Source: the human T2T-CHM13v2.0 reference genome, Homo sapiens. Taken from it: a stretch of 64,000 nt of DNA. A program made the position numbers and the translations under genes. The notes beneath the pieces are model-generated. The model was given only the letters and a program-made list of their open reading frames with translations. It ran no database searches and was not told where the DNA came from. The stretch lies in assembly GCF_009914755.1 (NCBI RefSeq), contig NC_060931.1; one strand, 5' to 3'. Position 1 is the stretch's first letter; each line of letters starts with the position of its first letter. This document shows, one piece after another, positions 36,812 through 49,800 of this stretch.

Positions 36812-39800
36812 TTTTGTGGAGTTTGCAAGTGGAGATTTCAAGCGATTTGATGCCAACAGTAGAAAAGGAAATATCTTCAAATAAAAACTAGACAGAATCA
36901 TTCTCAGAAACTACTTTGTGATGTGTGCCTTCAACTCACAGAGTTTAACCTTTCTTTTCTTAGAGCAGTTTAGAAACATTCTGCTTGTTATGTCTGCAAG
37001 TGGATATTTGGACCTCTTTGAGGCCTTCGTTGCAAACGGGGTTTCTTCCTTTCATGCTAGACTAAGAAGAGTTCTCAGTAACTTTTTTGTGTTGTGTGTA
37101 TTCAACTCACAGAGTTGAACCTTGCTTTAGAGAGAGCAGATTTGAAACACTCTTGCTGTGGCATTTTCAGGTGGAGATTTCAAGCGATTTGAGGACAATT
37201 GCAGAAAAGGAAATATCTTCGTATAATAACCAGACAGAATCATTCTCAGAAAGTGCTTTGTGATGTGTGCGTTCAACTCACAGAGTTTAACCTTTCTTTT
37301 CATAGAGGAGTTTGGAAACACACTGTTTGTAAAGTCTGCAAGTGGATATACGGACCTGTTTGAGGCCTTCGTTGGAAACGAGATTTCTTCATTGAATGCT
37401 AGACGGAAGAATTCTCAGTAAATTCTTTGTGTTGTGTGCATTCAACTCACAGAGTGGAACGTCCCTTTAGACAGAGCAGATTTGAAACACTCTTTTTGCG
37501 GAATTTGCAAGTGGAGATTTCTAGCCATTTGATGCCAACAGTAGAAAGGGAAATATCTTCAAATAAAAACCAGACAGAATCATTCTCAGAAAATTCTTTG
37601 TGATGTGTGCGTTCAACTCACATAGTTTAACCTTTCTTTTCATAGAGCAGTTTGGAAACACTCTGTTTGTAAAGTCTGCAAGTGGATATATGGACCGCAT
37701 TGAGGCCTTCGTTGGAAACGGGATTTCTTCATTTCATGCTAGACAGAAGAATTCTCAGTAACTTCTTTGTGCTGTGTGTATTCAACTCACAGAGTGGAAC
37801 GTCCCTTTGCACAGAGCAGATTTGAAACACTCTTTTTGTGGAGTTTGCAAGTGGAGATTTCAAGCGATTTGATGCCAACAGTAGAAAAGGAAATATCTTC
37901 AAATAAAAACTAGACAGAATCATTCTCAGAAACTACTTTGTGATGTGTGCCTTCAACTCACAGAGTTTAACCTTTCTTTTCTTAGAGCAGTTTAGAAACA
38001 CTCTGCTTGTTATGTCTGCAAGTGGATATTTGGACCTCTTTGAGGCCTTCGTTGCAAACGGGGTTTCTTCCTTTCATGCTAGACTAAGAAGAGTTCTCAG
38101 TAACTTTTTTGTGTTGTGTGTATTCAACTCACAGAGTTGAACCCTGCTTTAGAGAGAGCAGATTTGAAACACTCTTGCTGTGGCATTTTCAGGTGGAGAT
38201 TTCAAGCGATTTGAGGACAATTGCAGAAAAGGAAATATCTTCGTATAATAACCAGACAGAATCATTCTCAGAAAGTGCTTTGTGATGTGTGCGTTCAACT
38301 CACAGAGTTTAACCTTTCTTTTCATAGAGGAGTTTGGAAACACACTGTTTGTAAAGTCTGCAAGTGGATATATGGACCTGTTTGAGGCCTTCGTTGGAAA
38401 CGGGATTTCTTCATTGAATGCTAGACGGAAGAATTCTCAGTAAATTCTTTGTGTTGTGTGCATTCAACTCACAGAGTGGAACGTCCCTTTAGACAGAGCA
38501 GATTTGAAACACTCTTTTTGCGGAATTTGCAAGTGGAGATTTCTAGCCATTTGATGCCAACAGTAGAAAGGGAAATATCTTCAAATAAAAACCAGACAGA
38601 ATCATTCTCAGAAAATTCTTTGTGATGTGTGCGTTCAACTCACATAGTTTAACCTTTCTTTTCATAGAGCAGTTTGGAAACACTCTGTTTGTAAAGTCTG
38701 CAAGTGGATATATGGACCGCATTGAGGCCTTCGTTGGAAACGGGATTTCTTCATTTCATGCTAGACAGAAGAATTCTCAGTAACTTCTTTGTGCTGTGTG
38801 TATTCAACTCACAGAGTGGAACGTCCCTTTGCACAGAGCAGATTTGAAACACTCTTTTTGTGGAGTTTGCAAGTGGAGATTTCAAGCGATTTGATGCCTA
38901 CAGTAGAAAAGGAAATATCTTCAAATAGAAACTAGACAGAATCATTCTCAGAAACTACTTTGTGATGTGTGCCTTCAACTCACAGAGTTTAACCTTTCTT
39001 TTCTTAGAGCAGTTTAGAAACACTCTGCTTGTTATGTCTGCAAGTGGATATTTGGACCTCTTTGAGGCCTTCGTTGCAAACGGGGTTTCTTCCTTTCATG
39101 CTAGACTAAGAAGAGTTCTCAGTAACTTTTTTGTGTTGTGTGTATTCAACTCACAGAGTTGAACCTTGCTTTAGAGAGAGCAGATTTGAAACACTCTTGC
39201 TGTGGCATTTTCAGGTGGAGATTTCAAGCGATTTGAGGACAATTGCAGAAAAGGAAATATCTTCGTATAATAACCAGACAGAATCATTCTCAGAAAGTGC
39301 TTTGTGATGTGTGCGTTCAACTCACAGAGTTTAACCTTTCTTTTCATAGAGGAGTTTGGAAACACACTGTTTTTAAAGTCTGCAAGTGGATACATGGACC
39401 TGTTTTAGGCCTTCGTTGGAAACGGGATTTCTTCATTGAATGCTAGACGGAAGAATTCTCAGTAAATTCTTTGTGTTGTGTGCATTCAACTCACAGAGTG
39501 GAACGTCCCTTTAGACAGAGCAGATTTGAAACACTCTTTTTGCGGAATTTGCAAGTGGAGATTTCTAGCCATTTGATGCCAACAGTAGAAAGGGAAATAT
39601 CTTCAAATAAAAACCAGACAGAATCATTCTCAGAAAATTCTTTGTGATGTGTGCGTTCAACTCACATAGTTTAACCTTTCTTTTCATAGAGCAGTTTGGA
39701 AACACTCTGTTTGTAAAGTCTGCAAGTGGATATATGGACCGCATTGAGGCCTTCGTTGGAAACGGGATTTCTTCATTTCATGCTAGACAGAAGAATTCTC

Positions 39801-42800
39801 AGTAACTTCTTTGTGCTGTGTGTATTCAACTCACAGAGTGGAACGTCCCTTTGCACAGAGCAGATTTGAAACACTCTTTTTGTGGAGTTTGCAAGTGGAG
39901 ATTTCAAGCGATTTGATGCCAACAGTAGAAAAGGAAATATCTTCAAATAGAAACTAGACAGAATCATTCTCAGAAACTACTTTGTGATGTGTGCCTTCAA
40001 CTCACAGAGTTTAACCTTTCTTTTCTTAGAGCAGTTTAGAAACACTCTGCTTGTTATGTCTGCAAGTGGATATTTGGACCTCTTTGAGGCCTTCGTTGCA
40101 AACGGGGTTTCTTCCTTTCATGCTAGACTAAGAAGAGTTCTCAGTAACTTTTTTGTGTTGTGTGTATTCAACTCACAGAGTTGAACCTTGCTTTAGAGAG
40201 AGCAGATTTGAAACACTCTTGCTGTGGCATTTTCAGGTGGAGATTTCAAGCGATTTGAGGACAATTGCAGAAAAGGAAATATCTTCGTATAATAACCAGA
40301 CAGAATCATTCTCAGAAAGTGCTTTGTGATGTGTGCGTTCAACTCACAGAGTTTAACCTTTCTTTTCATAGAGGAGTTTGGAAACACACTGTTTGTAAAG
40401 TCTGCAAGTGGATATATGGACCTGTTTGAGGCCTTCGTTGGAAACGGGATTTCTTCATTGAATGCTAGACGGAAGAATTCTCAGTAAATTCTTTGTGTTG
40501 TGTGCATTCAACTCACAGAGTGGAACGTCCCTTTAGACAGAGCAGATTTGAAACACTCTTTTTGCGGAATTTGCAAGTGGAGATTTCTAGCCATTTGATG
40601 CCAACAGTAGAAAGGGAAATATCTTCAAATAAAAACCAGACAGAATCATTCTCAGAAAATTCTTTGTGATGTGTGCGTTCAACTCACATAGTTTAACCTT
40701 TCTTTTCATAGAGCAGTTTGGAAACACTCTGTTTGTAAAGTCTGCAAGTGGATATATGGACCGCATTGAGGCCTTCGTTGGAAACGGGATTTCTTCATTT
40801 CATGCTAGACAGAAGAATTCTCAGTAACTTCTTTGTGCTGTGTGTATTCAACTCACAGAGTGGAACGTCCCTTTGCACAGAGCAGATTTGAAACACTCTT
40901 TTTGTGGAGTTTGCAAGTGGAGATTTCAAGCGATTTGATGCCAACAGTAGAAAAGGAAATATCTTCAAATAAAAACTAGACAGAATCATTCTCAGAAACT
41001 ACTTTGTGATGTGTGCCTTCAACTCACAGAGTTTAACCTTTCTTTTCTTAGAGCAGTTTAGAAACACTCTGCTTGTTATGTCTGCAAGTGGATATTTGGA
41101 CCTCTTTGAGGCCTTCGTTGCAAACGGGGTTTCTTCCTTTCATGCTAGACTAAGAAGAGTTCTCAGTAACTTTTTTGTGTTGTGTGTATTCAACTCACAG
41201 AGTTGAACCCTGCTTTAGAGAGAGCAGATTTGAAACACTCTTGCTGTGGCATTTTCAGGTGGAGATTTCAAGCGATTTGAGGACAATTGCAGAAAAGGAA
41301 ATATCTTCGTATAATAACCAGACAGAATCATTCTCAGAAAGTGCTTTGTGATGTGTGCGTTCAACTCACAGAGTTTAACCTTTCTTTTCATAGAGGAGTT
41401 TGGAAACACACTGTTTGTAAAGTCTGCAAGTGGATACATGGACCTGTTTGAGGCCTTCGTTGGAAACGGGATTTCTTCATTGAATGCTAGACGGAAGAAT
41501 TCTCAGTAAATTCTTTGTGTTGTGTGCATTCAACTCACAGAGTGGAACGTCCCTTTAGACAGAGCAGATTTGAAACACTCTTTTTGCGGAATTTGCAAGT
41601 GGAGATTTCTAGCCATTTGATGCCAACAGTAGAAAGGGAAATATCTTCAAATAAAAACCAGACAGAATCATTCTCAGAAAATTCTTTGTGATGTGTGCGT
41701 TCAACTCACATAGTTTAACCTTTCTTTTCATAGAGCAGTTTGGAAACACTCTGTTTGTAAAGTCTGCAAGTGGATATATGGACCGCATTGAGGCCTTCGT
41801 TGGAAACGGGATTTCTTCATTTCATGCTAGACAGAAGAATTCTCAGTAACTTCTTTGTGCTGTGTGTATTCAACTCACAGAGTGGAACGTCCCTTTGCAC
41901 AGAGCAGATTTGAAACACTCTTTTTGTGGAGTTTGCAAGTGGAGATTTCAAGCGATTTGATGCCAACAGTAGAAAAGGAAATATCTTCAAATAAAAACTA
42001 GACAGAATCATTCTCAGAAACTACTTTGTGATGTGTGCCTTCAACTCACAGAGTTTAACCTTTCTTTTCTTAGAGCAGTTTAGAAACACTCTGCTTGTTA
42101 GGTCTGCAAGTGGATATTTGGACCTCTTTGAGGCCTTCGTTGCAAACGGGGTTTCTTCCTTTCATGCTAGACTAAGAAGAGTTCTCAGTAACTTTTTTGT
42201 GTTGTGTGTATTCAACTCACAGAGTTGAACCCTGCTTTAGAGAGAGCAGATTTGAAACACTCTTGCTGTGGCATTTTCAGGTGGAGATTTCAAGCGATTT
42301 GAGGACAATTGCAGAAAAGGAAATATCTTCGTATAATAACCAGACAGAATCATTCTCAGAAAGTGCTTTGTGATGTGTGCGTTCAACTCACAGAGTTTAA
42401 CCTTTCTTTTCATAGAGGAGTTTGGAAACACACTGTTGGTAAAGTCTGCAAGTGGATATATGGACCTGTTTGAGGCCTTCGTTGGAAACGGGATTTCTTC
42501 ATTGAATGCTAGACGGAAGAATTCTCAGTAAATTCTTTGTGTTGTGTGCATTCAACTCACAGAGTGGAACGTCCCTTTAGACAGAGCAGATTTGAAACAC
42601 TCTTTTTGCGGAATTTGCAAGTGGAGATTTCTAGCCATTTGATGCCAACAGTAGAAAGGGAAATATCTTCAAATAAAAACCAGACAGAATCATTCTCAGA
42701 AAATTCTTTGTGATGTGTGCGTTCAACTCACATAGTTTAACCTTTCTTTTCATAGAGCAGTTTGGAAACACTCTGTTTGTAAAGTCTGCAAGTGGATATA

Positions 42801-44984
42801 TGGACCGCATTGAGGCCTTCGTTGGAAACGGGATTTCTTCATTTCATGCTAGACAGAAGAATTCTCAGTAACTTCTTTGTGCTGTGTGTATTCAACTCAC
42901 AGAGTGGAACGTCCCTTTGCACAGAGCAGATTTGAAACACTCTTTTTGTGGAGTTTGCAAGTGGAGATTTCAAGCGATTTGATGCCAACAGTAGAAAAGG
43001 AAATATCTTCAAATAAAAACTAGACAGAATCATTCTCAGAAACTACTTTGTGATGTGTGCCTTCAACTCACAGAGTTTAACCTTTCTTTTCTTAGAGCAG
43101 TTTAGAAACACTCTGCTTGTTAGGTCTGCAAGTGGATATTTGGACCTCTTTGAGGCCTTCGTTGCAAACGGGGTTTCTTCCTTTCATGCTAGACTAAGAA
43201 GAGTTCTCAGTAACTTTTTTGTGTTGTGTGTATTCAACTCACAGAGTTGAACCCTGCTTTAGAGAGAGCAGATTTGAAACACTCTTGCTGTGGCATTTTC
43301 AGGTGGAGATTTCAAGCGATTTGAGGACAATTGCAGAAAAGGAAATATCTTCGTATAATAACCAGACAGAATCATTCTCAGAAAGTGCTTTGTGATGTGT
43401 GCGTTCAACTCACAGAGTTTAACCTTTCTTTTCATAGAGGAGTTTGGAAACACACTGTTTGTAAAGTCTGCAAGTGGATATATGGACCTGTTTGAGGCCT
43501 TCGTTGGAAACGGGATTTCTTCATTGAATGCTAGACGGAAGAATTCTCAGTAAATTCTTTGTGTTGTGTGCATTCAACTCACAGAGTGGAACGTCCCTTT
43601 AGACAGAGCAGATTTGAAACACTCTTTTTGCGGAATTTGCAAGTGGAGATTTCTAGCCATTTGATGCCAACAGTAGAAAGGGAAATATCTTCAAACAAAA
43701 ACCAGACAGAATCATTCTCAGAAAATTCTTTGTGATGTGTGCGTTCAACTCACATAGTTTAACCTTTCTTTTCATAGAGCAGTTTGGAAACACTCTGTTT
43801 GTAAAGTCTGCAAGTGGATATATGGACCGCATTGAGGCCTTCGTTGGAAACGGGATTTCTTCATTTCATGCTAGACAGAAGAATTCTCAGTAACTTCTTT
43901 GTGCTGTGTGTATTCAACTCACAGAGTGGAACGTCCCTTTGCACAGAGCAGATTTGAAACACTCTTTTTGTGGAGTTTGCAAGTGGAGATTTCAAGCGAT
44001 TTGATGCCAACAGTAGAAAAGGAAATATCTTCAAATAAAAACTAGACAGAATCATTCTCAGAAACTACTTTGTGATGTGTGCCTTCAACTCACAGAGTTT
44101 AACCTTTCTTTTCTTAGAGCAGTTTAGAAACACTCTGCTTGTTATGTCTGCAAGTGGATATTTGGACCTCTTTGAGGCCTTCGTTGCAAACGGGGTTTCT
44201 TCCTTTCATGCTAGACTAAGAAGAGTTCTCAGTAACTTTTTTGTGTTGTGTGTATTCAACTCACAGAGTTGAACCTTGCTTTAGAGAGAGCAGATTTGAA
44301 ACACTCTTGCTGTGGCATTTTCAGGTGGAGATTTCAAGCGATTTGAGGACAATTGCAGAAAAGGAAATATCTTCGTATAATAACCAGACAGAATCATTCT
44401 CAGAAAGTGCTTTGTGATGTGTGCGTTCAACTCACAGAGTTTAACCTTTCTTTTCATAGAGGAGTTTGGAAACACACTGTTTGTAAAGTCTGCAAGTGGA
44501 TACATGGACCTGTTTGAGGCCTTCGTTGGAAACGGGATTTCTTCATTGAATGCTAGACGGAAGAATTCTCAGTAAATTCTTTGTGTTGTGTGCATTCAAC
44601 TCACAGAGTGGAACGTCCCTTTAGACAGAGCAGATTTGAAACACTCTTTTTGCGGAATTTGCAAGTGGAGATTTCTAGCCATTTGATGCCAACAGTAGAA
44701 AGGGAAATATCTTCAAATAAAAACCAGACAGAATCATTCTCAGAAAATTCTTTGTGATGTGTGCGTTCAACTCACATAGTTTAACCTTTCTTTTCATAGA
44801 GCAGTTTGGAAACACTCTGTTTGTAAAGTCTGCAAGTGGATATATGGACCGCATTGAGGCCTTCGTTGGAAACGGGATTTCTTCATTTCATGCTAGACAG
44901 AAGAATTCTCAGTAACTTCTTTGTGCTGTGTGTATTCAACTCACAGAGTGGAACGTCCCTTTGCACAGAGCAGATTTGAAACAC

Positions 44985-44986
44985 TT
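44985..44986 (+). other. Same 1-bp deletion (C) in HOR copy 44
   Basis: Identical deletion 8175 bp downstream; the period drops to 1021. Confidence 0.92.
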
Positions 44987-46857
44987 TTTTGTGGAGTTTG
45001 CAAGTGGAGATTTCAAGCGATTTGATGCCAACAGTAGAAAAGGAAATATCTTCAAATAAAAACTAGACAGAATCATTCTCAGAAACTACTTTGTGATGTG
45101 TGCCTTCAACTCACAGAGTTTAACCTTTCTTTTCTTAGAGCAGTTTAGAAACATTCTGCTTGTTATGTCTGCAAGTGGATATTTGGACCTCTTTGAGGCC
45201 TTCGTTGCAAACGGGGTTTCTTCCTTTCATGCTAGACTAAGAAGAGTTCTCAGTAACTTTTTTGTGTTGTGTGTATTCAACTCACAGAGTTGAACCTTGC
45301 TTTAGAGAGAGCAGATTTGAAACACTCTTGCTGTGGCATTTTCAGGTGGAGATTTCAAGCGATTTGAGGACAATTGCAGAAAAGGAAATATCTTCGTATA
45401 ATAACCAGACAGAATCATTCTCAGAAAGTGCTTTGTGATGTGTGCGTTCAACTCACAGAGTTTAACCTTTCTTTTCATAGAGGAGTTTGGAAACACACTG
45501 TTTGTAAAGTCTGCAAGTGGATATACGGACCTGTTTGAGGCCTTCGTTGGAAACGAGATTTCTTCATTGAATGCTAGACGGAAGAATTCTCAGTAAATTC
45601 TTTGTGTTGTGTGCATTCAACTCACAGAGTGGAACGTCCCTTTAGACAGAGCAGATTTGAAACACTCTTTTTGCGGAATTTGCAAGTGGAGATTTCTAGC
45701 CATTTGATGCCAACAGTAGAAAGGGAAATATCTTCAAATAAAAACCAGACAGAATCATTCTCAGAAAATTCTTTGTGATGTGTGCGTTCAACTCACATAG
45801 TTTAACCTTTCTTTTCATAGAGCAGTTTGGAAACACTCTGTTTGTAAAGTCTGCAAGTGGATATATGGACCGCATTGAGGCCTTCGTTGGAAACGGGATT
45901 TCTTCATTTCATGCTAGACAGAAGAATTCTCAGTAACTTCTTTGTGCTGTGTGTATTCAACTCACAGAGTGGAACGTCCCTTTACACAGAGCAGATTTGA
46001 AACACTCTTTTTGTGGAGTTTGCAAGTGGAGATTTCAAGCGATTTGATGCCTACAGTAGAAAAGGAAATATCTTCAAATAAAAACTAGACAGAATCATTC
46101 TCAGAAACTACTTTGTGATGTGTGCCTTCAACTCACAGAGTTTAACCTTTCTTTTCTTAGAGCAGTTTAGAAACACTCTGCTTGTTATGTCTGCAAGTGG
46201 ATATTTGGACCTCTTTGAGGCCTTCGTTGCAAACGGGGTTTCTTCCTTTCATGCTAGACTAAGAAGAGTTCTCAGTAACTTTTTTGTGTTGTGTGTATTC
46301 AACTCACAGAGTTGAACCTTGCTTTAGAGAGAGCAGATTTGAAACACTCTTGCTGTGGCATTTTCAGGTGGAGATTTCAAGCGATTTGAGGACAATTGCA
46401 GAAAAGGAAATATCTTCGTATAATAACCAGACAGAATCATTCTCAGAAAGTGCTTTGTGATGTGTGCGTTCAACTCACAGAGTTTAACCTTTCTTTTCAT
46501 AGAGGAGTTTGGAAACACACTGTTTGTAAAGTCTGCAAGTGGATACATGGACCTGTTTGAGGCCTTCGTTGGAAACGGGATTTCTTCATTGAATGCTAGA
46601 CGGAAGAATTCTCAGTAAATTCTTTGTGTTGTGTGCATTCAACTCACAGAGTGGAACGTCCCTTTAGACAGAGCAGATTTGAAACACTCTTTTTGCGGAA
46701 TTTGCAAGTGGAGATTTCTAGCCATTTGATGCCAACAGTAGAAAGGGAAATATCTTCAAATAAAAACCAGAGAGAATCATTCTCAGAAAATTCTTTGTGA
46801 TGTGTGTGTTCAACTCACATAGTTTAACCTTTCTTTTCATAGAGCAGTTTGGAAACA

Positions 46858-46866
46858 CTCTGTAAA
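46858..46866 (+). other. 4-bp deletion in HOR copy 46
   Basis: ACTCTGTAAAG against consensus ACTCTGTTTGTAAAG; the period drops to 1018. Confidence 0.93.
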
Positions 46867-49800
46867 GTCTGCAAGTGGATATATGGACCGCATTGAGGCC
46901 TTCGTTGGAAACGGGATTTCTTCATTTCATGCTAGACAGAAGAATTCTCAGTAACTTCTTTGTGCTGTGTGTATTCAACTCACAGAGTGGAACGTCCCTT
47001 TGCACAGAGCAGATTTGAAACACTCTTTTTGTGGAGTTTGCAAGTGGAGATTTCAAGCGATTTGATGCCAACAGTAGAAAAGGAAATATCTTCAAATAAA
47101 AACTAGACAGAATCATTCTCAGAAACTACTTTGTGATGTGTGCCTTCAACTCACAGAGTTTAACCTTTCTTTTCTTAGAGCAGTTTAGAAACACTCTGCT
47201 TGTTATGTCTGCAAGTGGATATTTGGACCTCTTTGAGGCCTTCGTTGCAAACGGGGTTTCTTCCTTTCATGCTAGACTAAGAAGAGTTCTCAGTAACTTT
47301 TTTGTGTTGTGTGTATTCAACTCACAGAGTTGAACCCTGCTTTAGAGAGAGCAGATTTGAAACACTCTTGCTGTGGCATTTTCAGGTGGAGATTTCAAGC
47401 GATTTGAGGACAATTGCAGAAAAGGAAATATCTTCGTATAATAACCAGACAGAATCATTCTCAGAAAGTGCTTTGTGATGTGTGCGTTCAACTCACAGAG
47501 TTTAACCTTTCTTTTCATAGAGGAGTTTGGAAACACACTGTTTGTAAAGTCTGCAAGTGGATATATGGACCTGTTTGAGGCCTTCGTTGGAAACGGGATT
47601 TCTTCATTGAATGCTAGACGGAAGAATTCTCAGTAAATTCTTTGTGTTGTGTGCATTCAACTCACAGAGTGGAACGTCCCTTTAGACAGAGCAGATTTGA
47701 AACACTCTTTTTGCGGAATTTGCAAGTGGAGATTTCTAGCCATTTGATGCCAACAGTAGAAAGGGAAATATCTTCAAATAAAAACCAGACAGAATCATTC
47801 TCAGAAAATTCTTTGTGATGTGTGCGTTCAACTCACATAGTTTAACCTTTCTTTTCATAGAGCAGTTTGGAAACACTCTGTTTGTAAAGTCTGCAAGTGG
47901 ATATATGGACCGCATTGAGGCCTTCGTTGGAAACGGGATTTCTTCATTTCATGCTAGACAGAAGAATTCTCAGTAACTTCTTTGTGCTGTGTGTATTCAA
48001 CTCACAGAGTGGAACGTCCCTTTGCACAGAGCAGATTTGAAACACTCTTTTTGTGGAGTTTGCAAGTGGAGATTTCAAGCGATTTGATGCCAACAGTAGA
48101 AAAGGAAATATCTTCAAATAGAAACTAGACAGAATCATTCTCAGAAACTACTTTGTGATGTGTGCCTTCAACTCACAGAGTTTAACCTTTCTTTTCTTAG
48201 AGCAGTTTAGAAACACTCTGCTTGTTAGGTCTGCAAGTGGATATTTGGACCTCTTTGAGGCCTTCGTTGCAAACGGGGTTTCTTCCTTTCATGCTAGACT
48301 AAGAAGAGTTCTCAGTAACTTTTTTGTGTTGTGTGTATTCAACTCACAGAGTTGAACCTTGCTTTAGAGAGAGCAGATTTGAAACACTCTTGCTGTGGCA
48401 TTTTCAGGTGGAGATTTCAAGCGATTTGAGGACAATTGCAGAAAAGGAAATATCTTCGTATAATAACCAGACAGAATCATTCTCAGAAAGTGCTTTGTGA
48501 TGTGTGCGTTCAACTCACAGAGTTTAACCTTTCTTTTCATAGAGGAGTTTGGAAACACACTGTTTGTAAAGTCTGCAAGTGGATATATGGACCTGTTTGA
48601 GGCCTTCGTTGGAAACGGGATTTCTTCATTGAATGCTAGACGGAAGAATTCTCAGTAAATTCTTTGTGTTGTGTGCATTCAACTCACAGAGTGGAACGTC
48701 CCTTTAGACAGAGCAGATTTGAAACACTCTTTTTGCGGAATTTGCAAGTGGAGATTTCTAGCCATTTGATGCCAACAGTAGAAAGGGAAATATCTTCAAA
48801 TAAAAACCAGACAGAATCATTCTCAGAAAATTCTTTGTGATGTGTGCGTTCAACTCACATAGTTTAACCTTTCTTTTCATAGAGCAGTTTGGAAACACTC
48901 TGTTTGTAAAGTCTGCAAGTGGATATATGGACCGCATTGAGGCCTTCGTTGGAAACGGGATTTCTTCATTTCATGCTAGACAGAAGAATTCTCAGTAACT
49001 TCTTTGTGCTGTGTGTATTCAACTCACAGAGTGGAACGTCCCTTTGCACAGAGCAGATTTGAAACACTCTTTTTGTGGAGTTTGCAAGTGGAGATTTCAA
49101 GCGATTTGATGCCAACAGTAGAAAAGGAAATATCTTCAAATAGAAACTAGACAGAATCATTCTCAGAAACTACTTTGTGATGTGTGCCTTCAACTCACAG
49201 AGTTTAACCTTTCTTTTCTTAGAGCAGTTTAGAAACACTCTGCTTGTTATGTCTGCAAGTGGATATTTGGACCTCTTTGAGGCCTTCGTTGCAAACGGGG
49301 TTTCTTCCTTTAATGCTAGACTAAGAAGAGTTCTCAGTAACTTTTTTGTGTTGTGTGTATTCAACTCACAGAGTTGAACCTTGCTTTAGAGAGAGCAGAT
49401 TTGAAACACTCTTGCTGTGGCATTTTCAGGTGGAGATTTCAAGCGATTTGAGGACAATTGCAGAAAAGGAAATATCTTCGTATAATAACCAGACAGAATC
49501 ATTCTCAGAAAGTGCTTTGTGATGTGTGCGTTCAACTCACAGAGTTTAACCTTTCTTTTCATAGAGGAGTTTGGAAACACACTGTTTGTAAAGTCTGCAA
49601 GTGGATATATGGACCTGTTTGAGGCCTTCGTTGGAAACGGGATTTCTTCATTGAATGCTAGACGGAAGAATTCTCAGTAAATTCTTTGTGTTGTGTGCAT
49701 TCAACTCACAGAGTGGAACGTCCCTTTAGACAGAGCAGATTTGAAACACTCTTTTTGCGGAATTTGCAAGTGGAGATTTCTAGCCATTTGATGCCAACAG

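Noticed and set aside
49170-49364. Unique minus-strand ORF MNTHNTKK...
   Set aside because: It results from one private substitution (TTTCATG>TTTAATG near 49312) that removes a stop codon in satellite sequence.
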